Positions 9,676-19,638 of a stretch of DNA of 64,000 nucleotides are shown here, piece by piece (position 1 is the first letter of the stretch; each line of letters begins with the position of its first letter). The stretch comes from a virus. Location: IMG/VR virus record IMGVR_UViG_3300008952_000004, positions 125,714-189,713 of that record; one strand, 5' to 3'. The position numbers were made by a program, and so were the translations under genes. Under the pieces are notes generated by a model. That model made no database searches and was not told the DNA's origin. It saw only the letters and a list, made by a program, of their open reading frames with translations.

Positions 9676-10687
9676 GGCTTTGACATATGATGATGTATTG
9701 TTGGTACCTCAATATTCCGATATTGAGAGCCGAAAGGAAGTTGACTTATCAAATTATTTAGAGGCAGACCTCAAACTGAATATGCCTATTATTTCTAGTC
9801 CCATGGACACCGTTACAGAGGTGGATATGGCACGTGCAATGGGGATGTCAGGCGGTTTAGGGATCGTACATCGCTATAATAATATTGGAAAGCAGTCTGA
9901 AATGGTTTTTCATTCTGCCGACGAAGGCTGGACCGTAGGAGCCGCTATTGGCATGACGGGGGATTATCTAAAGCGAGCAGAGTCGCTTGTTGAGCACGGT
10001 GCACGAATTCTATGTGTTGACGTTGCTCACGGGCACCATGCCATGATGGAACGTTGCCTTAAAACTTTAAAAGACCGGTTTGGTGAAGACGTTCATATTA
10101 TGGCGGGAAATGTCGCCACGAGGGTTGGCTACGAGGCATTAGCTTCTTGGGGCGCTGACTCGGTGCGTTGTAATATTGGCGGAGGTTCTATTTGCTCAAC
10201 TAGAATCCAGACAGGGCACGGCATTCCTGGTTTGCAAACTATTTTTGAATGTGCTTCTGCCGGATTGGACGTGCCCATCATCGCTGACGGAGGAATTAAA
10301 AACTCGGGAGATATAGCTAAGGCTCTTGGCGCGGGTGCTGACTTCGTTATGTTAGGCTCCCTTCTTGCGGGCACAGACGAGTCGCCTGGAATGCTGCTTG
10401 TCGATTCTTCTGGAAAGAAGCAAAAAATTTATAGAGGTATGGCTAGTCACGAAGCACAAAAGGACTGGCGAGGTAAAATGACGTCAGCACCAGAAGGTGT
10501 AACCACATCAATCCCATACAAGGGGTCTGTCTTATCCGTGCTGGGAGATCTCGCTATGGGTGTCCGCAGTGGCTTTTCCTATACCGGGGCGCGTACAGTT
10601 TTAGAATTTCAGACTAAGGCTAAATTCATTAGGCAGACTGGAGCATCTCAAGTGGAGAGCGCTGCTCATATTTATAAGAGAACATAA
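9668..10687 (+). CDS. guaB: IMP dehydrogenase / GMP reductase family (no CBS domains)
   Basis: ALTYDDVLLVP, SSPMDTVTE, DVAHGH, IGGGSICSTR catalytic Cys, IADGGI, YRGMAS, PEG; likely start ATG 9668; IMPDH versus GMPR not resolved. Confidence 0.85.
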   Translation: MHEALTYDDVLLVPQYSDIESRKEVDLSNYLEADLKLNMPIISSPMDTVTEVDMARAMGMSGGLGIVHRYNNIGKQSEMVFHSADEGWTVGAAIGMTGDYLKRAESLVEHGARILCVDVAHGHHAMMERCLKTLKDRFGEDVHIMAGNVATRVGYEALASWGADSVRCNIGGGSICSTRIQTGHGIPGLQTIFECASAGLDVPIIADGGIKNSGDIAKALGAGADFVMLGSLLAGTDESPGMLLVDSSGKKQKIYRGMASHEAQKDWRGKMTSAPEGVTTSIPYKGSVLSVLGDLAMGVRSGFSYTGARTVLEFQTKAKFIRQTGASQVESAAHIYKRT

Positions 10688-10690
10688 AGT

Positions 10691-11020
10691 ATGGCAGAAT
10701 ATGGGCATAACAGAAAGAAGATCGTCTTTTATTCAACCGACAAGATCCACGCCGATATGAAAATACGGCTGAAATATGACGGCTTGACTCAAAGTAAATT
10801 TTTCCGGAGTCTCGTGGAAGGATATATTAATAAAGATCCTGCGATAAATGATTTTATTGATCGTCTCAAGACAGAAGAGGAAACTCAAAGCGTTGCTAAG
10901 CGGAAAAAAACACGAAAGATGCTAGCAGACGGCGAGAAAACCGCTGCCCTATTTGGCTTAAACGAGCAAGACCTTGAAAACATATTTGATATTATCGAAA
11001 AGGAACACCCAGAACTATGA
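10691..11020 (+). CDS. Hypothetical protein, possible ribbon-helix-helix DNA binder
   Basis: KIVFY..LKYDGLTQSKFFRSLVEGY pattern. Confidence 0.5.
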   Translation: MAEYGHNRKKIVFYSTDKIHADMKIRLKYDGLTQSKFFRSLVEGYINKDPAINDFIDRLKTEEETQSVAKRKKTRKMLADGEKTAALFGLNEQDLENIFDIIEKEHPEL

Positions 11021-11343
11021 GTAACAGAAAAATATTTAAAGATAAAGGGATACCCGAATGCTCGCGCCGCTGCCTTGAGCTTGGCGTGTCTTGTCCCATT
11101 AAAGACTGCAAAGAGTGGATTGACTATGCCGAGGATGCAAATTGTACTTCAATAGCAATTGCTAAGAATGGTGGTATGACCTTGCGCGAGGTTGCTGACC
11201 GATTACATGTAAGTTTTGTTAGAATTAAGCAGATAGAGGACAAAACAATGGACAAAATCCACCGAGCTTTAGCAAGACGCTTCAACATTAATCGGAAAGA
11301 GTTAGCCAAATTCGTTTTAGAATGTTTTAATGAACGAGAATAG
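11017..11343 (+). CDS. Sigma70 region-4-like HTH protein with Cys-rich N-terminus
   Basis: MTLREVADRLHVSFVRIKQIEDKTMDKI matches sigma70 r4.2 (xTLxEVGxxFxVTRERIRQIE); CxxxC..CxxxxC upstream. Confidence 0.75.
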   Translation: MSNRKIFKDKGIPECSRRCLELGVSCPIKDCKEWIDYAEDANCTSIAIAKNGGMTLREVADRLHVSFVRIKQIEDKTMDKIHRALARRFNINRKELAKFVLECFNERE

Positions 11344-11430
11344 TGAAAAAAAATATTGTTGACGAGCGTTTAAACCCCGCAACAGACTATTTATTTGAGA
11401 AACACTCTATTATTCTAAGGAGAAAAAGTA

Positions 11431-12012
11431 ATGAGTAAAAACAGACTTGATGAGAGTACGATTCGTCGTTTTATGGGTTTGGCGGGTATCCAACCGCTGG
11501 GCGAGAATTTTCTTGATAGACTTCAAGAGGAAGAGCCAGAAGAGGTTCCAATGGATGATATGGCAGCAGAAGAGCCTCCAATGGACGCCGAACCAGCACC
11601 AGAGATGGACGCTGAGCCAGCCCCGGAAGCTGGCGAAGCAGCAGCAGAGATCGCACAAGACGTGGCATCAGCAGTAGCCGACGCGATGACTCAGGCGCTC
11701 AGCAAGCACGGCGTAACAGTTGATGCTGGCGAGGGTGGCGAAGAAATGGCTCCGGTTGAGGAACCCGCGCCGGAGATGGAGCCTCCAATGGACGCCGAAC
11801 CAGCACCAGAGATGGACGCCGAGGAGCCTGCCCTAGAGGAAACCGCCAATACTACAGAGGCTGAAGAAGAAACTCTTGAGGAAAACACACCCGAGGATGA
11901 TGCTCTGACTCAGCTTGAGACAGTCACTAACGACTTGGAAGAAAAAGAAGAAGTGGTTCAAGAAGTTGCACGTCGTGTAGTTAAGCGTCTTTTAGACACC
12001 ATTCAAAAATAA
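11431..12012 (+). CDS. Acidic low-complexity protein (scaffold/internal head-like)
   Basis: Extremely Glu-rich, MDAEPAPE repeats, preceded by AGGAG SD and ACTATTTAT. Confidence 0.65.
   Translation: MSKNRLDESTIRRFMGLAGIQPLGENFLDRLQEEEPEEVPMDDMAAEEPPMDAEPAPEMDAEPAPEAGEAAAEIAQDVASAVADAMTQALSKHGVTVDAGEGGEEMAPVEEPAPEMEPPMDAEPAPEMDAEEPALEETANTTEAEEETLEENTPEDDALTQLETVTNDLEEKEEVVQEVARRVVKRLLDTIQK
11572..11819 (+). repeat. 41-bp exact direct repeat within acidic protein
   Basis: GAGCCTCCAATGGACGCCGAACCAGCACCAGAGATGGACGC at 11572-11612 and 11779-11819. Confidence 0.9.
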
Positions 12013-12093
12013 TTAAGAGAGGTTGGTTTGAGCAGCGCAAGCACTGCCAGAACTAAACATATCTATGCCCACCATAGCATAAAGAGAATCTAT

Positions 12094-12138
12094 ATAAGCG
12101 CAAGTTATATGCCGCATGGTTGTATAACTTGCGCTTAT
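12094..12138. repeat. Perfect 16-bp inverted repeat (intergenic hairpin)
   Basis: ATAAGCGCAAGTTATA (12094-12109) and TATAACTTGCGCTTAT (12123-12138), 13-nt loop. Confidence 0.9.
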
Positions 12139-12244
12139 TTGTGTTTAAAGTGCTGAAACACAGCGAGACTTGAAAAGTGCAAATTATAAAATTTTTGTCG
12201 CTTAGGATTTTTGAGATTTTGGTTTTTTAAAAAGGAGAACAAAA

Positions 12245-12610
12245 ATGGAAGCATTATGGTTTTTTGGAGGAGCACTCACTTTTCAATTGTTAGCAAGGCT
12301 CTTCAGAGCAGGGCAGTTGGTACATTTGTCGGTTGAGGTCGGAGCGCGACTTCTCGTTCTGATCCAGCATACTGATTCTTTATTAGATGACATTCAGGAG
12401 ATGAGATATAAAAAAATGTTGGAAAGCGGATGGGATTCTGAAGATTTGAAACTAATTAAAGAGATGGATAAAAAGACTGTCGAAGCTTGGCGAGAGAGTT
12501 TAATCTTCAGTTTCAGGAACTCCCTGCCCGCCCCAATGAGAAATGTTTATAAATTTGATAATTGGGATGATGCAATGAGATTCTTAAACAAGCACGTAAA
12601 AAGAGGGTAG
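12245..12610 (+). CDS. Hypothetical protein with N-terminal hydrophobic segment
   Basis: AAGGAG SD; hydrophobic first 35 aa. Confidence 0.6.
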   Translation: MEALWFFGGALTFQLLARLFRAGQLVHLSVEVGARLLVLIQHTDSLLDDIQEMRYKKMLESGWDSEDLKLIKEMDKKTVEAWRESLIFSFRNSLPAPMRNVYKFDNWDDAMRFLNKHVKRG

Positions 12611-12622
12611 GGGCTTATAACA

Positions 12623-13768
12623 ATGCAAATAACAAGGGAAAACTTAAAGAAAATGATTATGGAGTCGATGAAGGCAACAAAGCACTCATCTTTATTGGAA
12701 GCTCCAGAAATGCTTGATGAAAAAAGCATTTTAAAGAACAAATATCCATTTAAGGCAATTTATATTTTTGGACCGGCAGGCTCCGGAAAATCATATATTA
12801 GTTCGAACCTTTTAGGAATTCCTAAAGATTTTGTTGTTTCCAACCCTGACGAGCGAATTGAAGAGGTATTCCCCGCATTCGGAATTAGCATGAAATTTGC
12901 AAATTCAGAAACAGGTGGGGATGCAGACTTGGAAGCATTACAACAAAAATCTCGTGTTATTTTGCAAAATGCCAGCAGAGCGCACACAGCCAATCTAATT
13001 GGTATTGCAAACCCCATCATCTTTGATACCACCGGAGAGGAAGTTCCTAAAATGGTTAAACGCATCGAGGGGTTAACTAAGTTGGGGTATGACGTGGCTG
13101 TATTTATGGTCAACGTACCGACACAAGCATCTGTTGACCGCGATGCGCGACGACAGCGAACTGTGGGTACTAATCGGACCTCAGCCATCTCTGTACAATA
13201 CCAAAAAGAAGTGGTGCAAGGGCAGGGTTACCTTAAAGCACTAGCATCAAATAAAAATGTGACAGTATTGTCTGACGTGTATAATAACATATTTGATTTG
13301 AATACAGGCGAGCTTTTAACGAAACCTACAAAAATCGCACCAGAGATGCTTCCAGATGAACTAAATCCTGAGAAAAACCCTGAAGCATTTGCAAATGAAA
13401 AAGCCAAAATGGAACAGGCTATTAGCAGACTGCAACAATGGGTCAGCACTCCTGTCGAGAATCCGGCAGGACAGGTGGTTCTCAAGGGCATGCGTATGCT
13501 GGTTAAAAAATCCGGAGGCAAGCTGGGGCAGAATTTGAACGATTTGGTGGTGGCTACTGCCAACAAGGAATTTCAGGATTCCGAGATCGTTGCAGCCGCC
13601 GAGCACCTTAGTTTACTCGGCGGAGGAGAAAAGGCAGTGTCTGGTACTATCCGAGGTCAGAAACCTTCCAGCGCTGATACAATTCGTGGAATGACACAGA
13701 ACGAAAATTTAGACTATGATGGGCTTTTAACAAAAGTTCGTGATATCATTTATAATAGACATGAATAA
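12623..13768 (+). CDS. P-loop kinase (zeta-toxin/AAA_33-like) with class B N-terminal leader
   Basis: GPAGSGKS Walker A, IIFDTTG Walker B, R-x3-R lid (RDARRQR); begins MQITRENLKKMIMES. Confidence 0.7.
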   Translation: MQITRENLKKMIMESMKATKHSSLLEAPEMLDEKSILKNKYPFKAIYIFGPAGSGKSYISSNLLGIPKDFVVSNPDERIEEVFPAFGISMKFANSETGGDADLEALQQKSRVILQNASRAHTANLIGIANPIIFDTTGEEVPKMVKRIEGLTKLGYDVAVFMVNVPTQASVDRDARRQRTVGTNRTSAISVQYQKEVVQGQGYLKALASNKNVTVLSDVYNNIFDLNTGELLTKPTKIAPEMLPDELNPEKNPEAFANEKAKMEQAISRLQQWVSTPVENPAGQVVLKGMRMLVKKSGGKLGQNLNDLVVATANKEFQDSEIVAAAEHLSLLGGGEKAVSGTIRGQKPSSADTIRGMTQNENLDYDGLLTKVRDIIYNRHE

Positions 13769-14042
13769 AAGTGGTGGATATAATAGACTTTCTGCTCGAA
13801 AAGCGCTTTTAAGAGCCTTTCTCGACAAGGAAAAACTTTTCGAAAAAGAGGATAACATACTCTATGGCGGCAAAAAAGTTTTTGTCATTAATTCGATATT
13901 GGCTCATTCTTTAGATTTGCGCGCAAAAAAAATAATTTCCTTGACAGAGGTACAATATTATGTTAATCTGATTCAGCAATACATAGACGATCAAGTCGAT
14001 CTGTGTTGGAAAGATAACAAATTGATGATTAAAATTAAATAG
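13761..14042 (+). CDS. Hypothetical protein
   Basis: ORF overlapping upstream stop; ATG 13761 preferred. Confidence 0.5.
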   Translation: MNKSGGYNRLSARKALLRAFLDKEKLFEKEDNILYGGKKVFVINSILAHSLDLRAKKIISLTEVQYYVNLIQQYIDDQVDLCWKDNKLMIKIK

Positions 14043-14065
14043 TCTATTTAAGAGAGAGGTGTTTT

Positions 14066-14386
14066 ATGGAAGCTACAGCTTGGAAAGAACAATATTGTGG
14101 ACCAAACGAATACTTGTATAGATTGCAAATTAATAATGTGTGTGGAAGATCTGAAAAGAAAATTCAAAAAATTGTAGAAGATTGGAGCAATTCTGGTCGA
14201 GGCTACAACCCAGGAAACCAGACGAGAATGCTTTTGTTTTCAAAAGTATTTGAATCAGAACAAGAATGGTTAAAATGGGCTAAACAATTTCCTTACAAGC
14301 TGATAGAATTAAACAGCAAGGGAAACCCAAAGAGGACAAAACTGGGCATCGATGCAATTAGCAAAAGTAAGAAGAAGGGCTCATAA
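14066..14386 (+). CDS. Hypothetical protein
   Basis: GAGGT SD, 106 aa. Confidence 0.6.
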   Translation: MEATAWKEQYCGPNEYLYRLQINNVCGRSEKKIQKIVEDWSNSGRGYNPGNQTRMLLFSKVFESEQEWLKWAKQFPYKLIELNSKGNPKRTKLGIDAISKSKKKGS

Positions 14387-15071
14387 TTTGAAATTTGCAA
14401 CAAAAAAAACAAAAGAAAAAAAAGAGAAGAAAGAAGAAGTTGTTGAAGAAAGCGACTCTTCTAACCTGCTTGAGTCTATCTTAATTGCGGCGCAGGATGA
14501 GAAGCCCAAACCTCAGTTGATTAACCTATATGGTGAAATAGATGAAGAGAAAATTGGTGATGTGACTTTTGCACTTCGTGTTATTAGTGGTCTTAATGTT
14601 CACGGTAGAGCAGTGCATGAGTCTTCTGGGAAAGATAGTGAATTTGAATCTACCCCGATTGAATTAATCGTTTCGAGCCACGGCGGCTCTGCCGCAGATA
14701 TGTTTTCGCTATATGATACCATAAGGTTTTGCAAAGAACACGACCGGACAGAAATTGCGACTACGGGCTTAGGTAAGGTTATGTCTGCTGGAGTACTTCT
14801 GCTAGCTGCTGGTACTAAGGGCAGGCGCCGCATTGGAGAGAACTGTCGTGTTATGCTGCACGGTGTTGCATCCGGTCACGTTGGTCAAATCCACAATTTA
14901 GAAAATGAATTGGATGAAGCCAAATGGACGCAAGATCGTTATGTGAAAGCTCTTGTCCGAGAAACGAATATGACTGCTCGATATATTAAAAAGCTTTTTG
15001 ACCGTCGGCAGAATGTTTATCTTACTGCCGAACAAGCCGTTGAGTTAGGCATTGCCGATGTGGTGTTTTAA
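14352..15071 (+). CDS. clpP: Divergent ClpP-family (S14) protease
   Basis: LYGEI, SSHGG, GKVMSAG (Ser), VMLH (His), YLTAEQAVELGIAD; start uncertain. Confidence 0.85.
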   Translation: MQLAKVRRRAHNLKFATKKTKEKKEKKEEVVEESDSSNLLESILIAAQDEKPKPQLINLYGEIDEEKIGDVTFALRVISGLNVHGRAVHESSGKDSEFESTPIELIVSSHGGSAADMFSLYDTIRFCKEHDRTEIATTGLGKVMSAGVLLLAAGTKGRRRIGENCRVMLHGVASGHVGQIHNLENELDEAKWTQDRYVKALVRETNMTARYIKKLFDRRQNVYLTAEQAVELGIADVVF

Positions 15072-15113
15072 TCGCAGAAATAACTAATTACATTTGATCA
15101 AGAGGGTTAACTT

Positions 15114-16568
15114 ATGACGAAAAAGATTAGTGTGTTCCGCGAGCACGATGCGAAATATTTTAAAGATTATCTTGCTGGTATCATTCGAGAAGTGATTCGC
15201 GAACAGGAGCCGGACACTGCGTCCATTGAGCAGATTGCGTCCGACGCTACAGCAGCAGTTGGAAAAGCAGTTGAAGACTTGCAGATGGGCGAGTTCGACG
15301 AATCAGCCGTTGATATTAGCGGCAATAATGTTACAATTAGCGTGCCAACCAATAAAGGCAGGGCTGAACTGGCTGAGTATATTAAAGCAGCCCTTGAGAA
15401 ACATGCGTCTGGGGCGCCCGTGACCCCTTTAAAAGGCTCCAGCGGCTTTCCGATTGGGTATCGGATTAAAGGCGGAGTGTCCGTACAAATGAAGCCCCAG
15501 AAAGGAGCAGGCGTGCGCAACAAAGGCGACGTCGCGGAGGGCATCTTGGGCGCCGCAGTCGCCGCTAGTTTTCTTAGCGGAGATCAGCAGGTTTCAGCAG
15601 CGGAGGCTGAGGCACTGCTGGAAGAACTGGCAACACAGCCGGATACCAACGACAGCGAACGACAGACCTCAAAGGCTCTAACTAAAAGAGTGGAGCGCGA
15701 TGACGGTACCGTTGATGAGATTACTTTAGATATCCGATTGGGGAAAGTAAACTTTGACGATTTGATGGACCCGAGAAAGCGCGGTGAGTTAGTCTCACTT
15801 TTTAAATCTTCGGCAGCATATGCCAACTCTGGCGAGGTATTAGAAGCTTCGCAAGCAATCGCAGTTGATAATAACTCAAGCAAGATCACTGTTCTATCGG
15901 ATGGCGTCGGCGACCAAAAGGGCACGAAGGTCGATGTTCGTATTTTTATGGACGGTAAGGAAATTCCCATAGGTAAAATCTCTTTGAAAGCTGGTTCAAC
16001 AAAACAGTTGGGGCAGATTGGAAAAACTTGGGAAGCCATGGCAGGCGACAAGGGTATGTTTAATGTGATGTTTGGTGTCCAACCCGATCCGTCGCTGGAA
16101 GAAGAGTGGGTCAAGGTTTCTACCGACCCAGCATTAAGAAATACAGAAAACATCAAGACAGTGGCATACAAAATATATGAAGACGCCGCCAAAAAAATAA
16201 AATCATATCTGGCTGGGGACGACCCCGAGCAAGAGTTAGAGTTTTTTGAAACCCTAGCGCGAGGCGTTCGGTATCAGGCTGTTTTAGAAGAGCAGGGTGT
16301 TAGGCTCATTCAGCTATCAAAAGGTACATTTAAAGTTTTAGATTTTGATAAATTGGAAGAAGTGTTAACAAATATTGATTTAGATGTTAGACTACAGAAA
16401 GAAAGTTCTAAGGGGGCAATATCTCCGAAGATTATTATTTTTGATAAAACGTCGGGCGGAAGTCTCGTCTCGATGCGAGTTAAGGTTGAAGGCGGCGGCA
16501 AGACGATACGACATTATATTGAAAAGGAAGACGGCTTGGTTGAGTTAATCAACGTCGCAAAAAAATAA
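15114..16568 (+). CDS. Large hypothetical protein with possible PD-(D/E)xK nuclease-like motif
   Basis: GDVAEG helix, GTKVDV..KISLKAG; N-terminus contains IIREVIRE. Confidence 0.5.
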   Translation: MTKKISVFREHDAKYFKDYLAGIIREVIREQEPDTASIEQIASDATAAVGKAVEDLQMGEFDESAVDISGNNVTISVPTNKGRAELAEYIKAALEKHASGAPVTPLKGSSGFPIGYRIKGGVSVQMKPQKGAGVRNKGDVAEGILGAAVAASFLSGDQQVSAAEAEALLEELATQPDTNDSERQTSKALTKRVERDDGTVDEITLDIRLGKVNFDDLMDPRKRGELVSLFKSSAAYANSGEVLEASQAIAVDNNSSKITVLSDGVGDQKGTKVDVRIFMDGKEIPIGKISLKAGSTKQLGQIGKTWEAMAGDKGMFNVMFGVQPDPSLEEEWVKVSTDPALRNTENIKTVAYKIYEDAAKKIKSYLAGDDPEQELEFFETLARGVRYQAVLEEQGVRLIQLSKGTFKVLDFDKLEEVLTNIDLDVRLQKESSKGAISPKIIIFDKTSGGSLVSMRVKVEGGGKTIRHYIEKEDGLVELINVAKK

Positions 16569-16579
16569 AAGAGGTTCAA

Positions 16580-18166
16580 TTGAGTAAGGTTTATAGTTCG
16601 AATAAAGTTCTTCAAGAGAAGATTTTAAAAGGTATTAATAAGTTGGCAGACAACGTTGCCAGCACCCTTGGTCCCAAGGGAAGAAACGTTATCCTTCATC
16701 AGAAGGGCAAGCGACCAATCATCACAAAGGATGGTGTGACTGTAGCGGAGTTTGTGGATTTGAAGGATCCGGTTGAAAATGCTACTGCACAAATTTTAAA
16801 GCAAGCCTCGGCACAAACAAACTCGGTTGCGGGCGATGGCACCACAACAGCTACAGTTTTGGCACGTGCAATATATACTGAAGCTTATAAATATTTGTCT
16901 TCTGATACCAGCCCAGTTGAATTAAAGAGGGGAATCGACAAAGCAGTTGAAGAGTTAGTTTTGAAACTAAAAGAAATTTCCATTCCAATCTCTAGTGTCG
17001 AGGATATTGAAAATATTGCTCGAATTTCTGCCAATGGAGATACAGCTATTGGAAAAATGATTGCCACGGCAGTTGATCAAGTTGGTAAAAATGGCGCAAT
17101 CACTGTAGAGGAGGCTCGCTCCCTAGATTCTAGCTTGGAGGTTGAAGAGGGTTTTCGATTCGACGGTGGCTTCTTTTCAACTCAGTTTATGACTGACGAG
17201 CGACGTGGTGTGGGTTCTTATAACGATGCACTAGTACTTGTCACTGATCAAAAACTGTCAACGGTTGATGAGCTAATGCCGGCACTAGAGCTAACTGCTC
17301 GCGAGTCGCGCCCTTTGATTATTGTTGCAGAAGAGGTTGAAGGGCAAGCATTGGCGGCATTAATCATGAATGCAGTGCGTGGCACTTTAAAAGTGATGGC
17401 TGTTAAAGCTCCAAGATACGGCGAAGAGCGAAGAAACATTTTAAAAGATTTGGCTCTGTCAATTGGTGCTTCGTTCGTGAGCAGAGAATCTGGAAAAAAG
17501 CTTCGTGATGCACAATTAAATGATTTAGGTCAGGTGAAAACTGTGGAGGCTTCAAAATATAATACAACTTTTGTTGGCGGTAGCGGCGAAAGAGCCAAGA
17601 TAGAAGAAAAAATTGAGTTGCTAAAAGAAGAAATTAAACAAACAGAAAATATTCATGAATGTGAACGTCTTCAAGAGCGTGTCACAAGGTTGGCAAGCGG
17701 AGTAGCCGTGATTAGAGTTGGCGCTGCAACAGAGGTGGAGATGATTGAGAAAAAGCACAGGGTCGAGGATGCTCTAGAGGCTGTACGAGCCGCCCGAATG
17801 GATGGTATTGTACCGGGTGGCGGCTGCGCGCTACTAGCAGCGCGAGAGTTGGCGCAGATCACAATTGAACACCCAGAACAAGCCCACGGAGCCCAAGCAG
17901 TGCTTGAGGCGGTGTCTGCTCCTATATGTCAAATGGCAGAAAATGCAGGTTTGTCACCAGATTTGACATTGGCTAGGGTTATGGAAATACAAAAAAAGAA
18001 CTCCTCAGCCACGATTGGCTTCAACTTTCGTACTGGAAAGATGGAAAGCCTTCAGGAATCTGGAATCATTGATCCTGTGCTCGTGACCATATCTGCGCTT
18101 CAAAACGCTGCTTCGGTTGCTTCAACTCTTTTAACCACAAATTATGCAATCATAGAAGAGGAATGA
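16580..18166 (+). CDS. groEL: Chaperonin GroEL
   Basis: TLGPKGRNV, ITKDGVT, AGDGTTTATVLA, KAPRYG, RVEDAL, GIVPGGG, GIIDP; TTG start; lacks the C-terminal GGM tail. Confidence 0.95.
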   Translation: MSKVYSSNKVLQEKILKGINKLADNVASTLGPKGRNVILHQKGKRPIITKDGVTVAEFVDLKDPVENATAQILKQASAQTNSVAGDGTTTATVLARAIYTEAYKYLSSDTSPVELKRGIDKAVEELVLKLKEISIPISSVEDIENIARISANGDTAIGKMIATAVDQVGKNGAITVEEARSLDSSLEVEEGFRFDGGFFSTQFMTDERRGVGSYNDALVLVTDQKLSTVDELMPALELTARESRPLIIVAEEVEGQALAALIMNAVRGTLKVMAVKAPRYGEERRNILKDLALSIGASFVSRESGKKLRDAQLNDLGQVKTVEASKYNTTFVGGSGERAKIEEKIELLKEEIKQTENIHECERLQERVTRLASGVAVIRVGAATEVEMIEKKHRVEDALEAVRAARMDGIVPGGGCALLAARELAQITIEHPEQAHGAQAVLEAVSAPICQMAENAGLSPDLTLARVMEIQKKNSSATIGFNFRTGKMESLQESGIIDPVLVTISALQNAASVASTLLTTNYAIIEEE

Positions 18167-18219
18167 TATCACCTCTCACTATTTAGTATGTCTTACATAA
18201 CGCAAGGGGTGTACGCTAT

Positions 18220-18555
18220 ATGTCTGATGAAAAAACGCCAAATATAAAAAAGAAACTTGATCCGACGATCACCGCTCATATACTGGATCTTACTAATAAA
18301 ATTGATCTACTCATAGAGTCACACAAAACTCTAGTCATGTCGGTTGAAAAAATAAATGATGCAATTTACCATCCAGATAAGGGAATTTATTCTAGAATTC
18401 GAGAGCTTGAACGAGAAGTGATCAAAGAAGGCGATGTACGTATTTCAAAACTGGAAGAAACGGTCGAAGGTATCAAAAAGCTTCAATGGATGGTGATCGG
18501 CTCCGGCGTGGCTGCTGTTGTCAGTGTGCTTATCCGAACATTCGTGATACCTTAA
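18220..18555 (+). CDS. Coiled-coil protein with C-terminal transmembrane helix (XhlA/holin-like, tentative)
   Basis: Heptad region followed by WMVIGSGVAAVVSVLI. Confidence 0.55.
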   Translation: MSDEKTPNIKKKLDPTITAHILDLTNKIDLLIESHKTLVMSVEKINDAIYHPDKGIYSRIRELEREVIKEGDVRISKLEETVEGIKKLQWMVIGSGVAAVVSVLIRTFVIP

Positions 18556-18583
18556 CTTTTTTTAATTATTTTTCATTTTTTCC

Positions 18584-18612
18584 TTGACAAAGTGAACAAA
18601 TGCTGTTATTCT
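18584..18612 (+). promoter_or_regulatory. sigma70-like early promoter
   Basis: TTGACA-N17-TATTCT with TGn. Confidence 0.7.
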
Positions 18613-18645
18613 ACATGTGTTCTTGAGAGATAAGGAAGAAAATTA

Positions 18646-19296
18646 ATGGGTTATTATTACAATCGTCGCTATTCCGCCCCTGAGAAAGTTGAGAATGAAA
18701 CTATCACACCTCGCCTCAAGGCACTCCTTGAGAATACCACTGTCCCTGCGAATACCATTTCTTTTTTGCAGTCCTTGTTAGAGGCTAATGAGAAATATAA
18801 GGGTTTAACCGTCAATCAATACGGCGCCTTGGAAAAGGTTGAGGCTAGATTCTCTGCTGAAGCTGTGGCTAAACGATTGGCTTGGTCTGATCAATACGGT
18901 CCTGAGCAGAAGAAGATAGCTAAAATTTGCGCGGCGTATTACTTGGCTAACCCTCCATACTTCAGGGACATAGCCCAAAAGATTATAGCCGATCCTCAAT
19001 TCGTTCCCACCGAACGACAGTATCGTTCATTGTGTGAAAATAAATATGCCAAAAAAGTTTTAAGCGCTTCGTTGTCGGAGCCTAAGTTTGTTGTGGGTTC
19101 CATGGTTTCAGGTCGTGCGACTGCTCACCCCAGTCTCCAGAATAAACTGCTAGTAGTGATTGAAGCTGACGCTAAGCCGGTTGAACGCGCAGCGAAAGGT
19201 TCCAAGATCTATCGTGTTCTTCCTGTCGGTAGTGCCCAGGTACTCTTTTGTGAAGAGCGAAATCTTAAAAAGGCTAAGGGAATTAAACAGGTATAA
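18646..19296 (+). CDS. Hypothetical protein, C-terminal SH3-like region
   Basis: AAGGAAG SD; C-terminal FVVGSMV..LLVVIE..YRVLP. Confidence 0.65.
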   Translation: MGYYYNRRYSAPEKVENETITPRLKALLENTTVPANTISFLQSLLEANEKYKGLTVNQYGALEKVEARFSAEAVAKRLAWSDQYGPEQKKIAKICAAYYLANPPYFRDIAQKIIADPQFVPTERQYRSLCENKYAKKVLSASLSEPKFVVGSMVSGRATAHPSLQNKLLVVIEADAKPVERAAKGSKIYRVLPVGSAQVLFCEERNLKKAKGIKQV

Positions 19297-19298
19297 AG

Positions 19299-19610
19299 TT
19301 GTCTGATAAAAGAGTAAATATTACTTATGCGGTAGATTTAGATGAAGTGCCATCTAGGGTGGCTCATCTTTTAAGAGAGGCTCTAGAACAATTTGAAAAT
19401 GTGTGCAATGATATACACAATGCTACCAATCGTTTAGATTCGGGTCAATCTACTGTGAAGACCTGTCGTTCTATAGACGAAGTTCGCCAGCGCCTAATGA
19501 AACTGGACGTTCGACTAGAGGATTGCCAAGCACTATTAGCAGGTTACCAAAAGACCGTATCAGAATTGAGTCAGCCATTGGTGGTTGAAAAATTAGAAGA
19601 AGAGGAGTAA
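19299..19610 (+). CDS. Hypothetical coiled-coil protein
   Basis: 103 aa helical ORF in operon. Confidence 0.6.
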   Translation: MSDKRVNITYAVDLDEVPSRVAHLLREALEQFENVCNDIHNATNRLDSGQSTVKTCRSIDEVRQRLMKLDVRLEDCQALLAGYQKTVSELSQPLVVEKLEEEE

Positions 19611-19638
19611 CAGTTAATCAACACTGTAGATAAAGAAA

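Noticed and set aside
16500-16580. CIRCE/HrcA operator before groEL (also checked before groES and hsp20)
   Set aside because: No TTAGCACTC-N9-GAGTGCTAA was found upstream of these genes.
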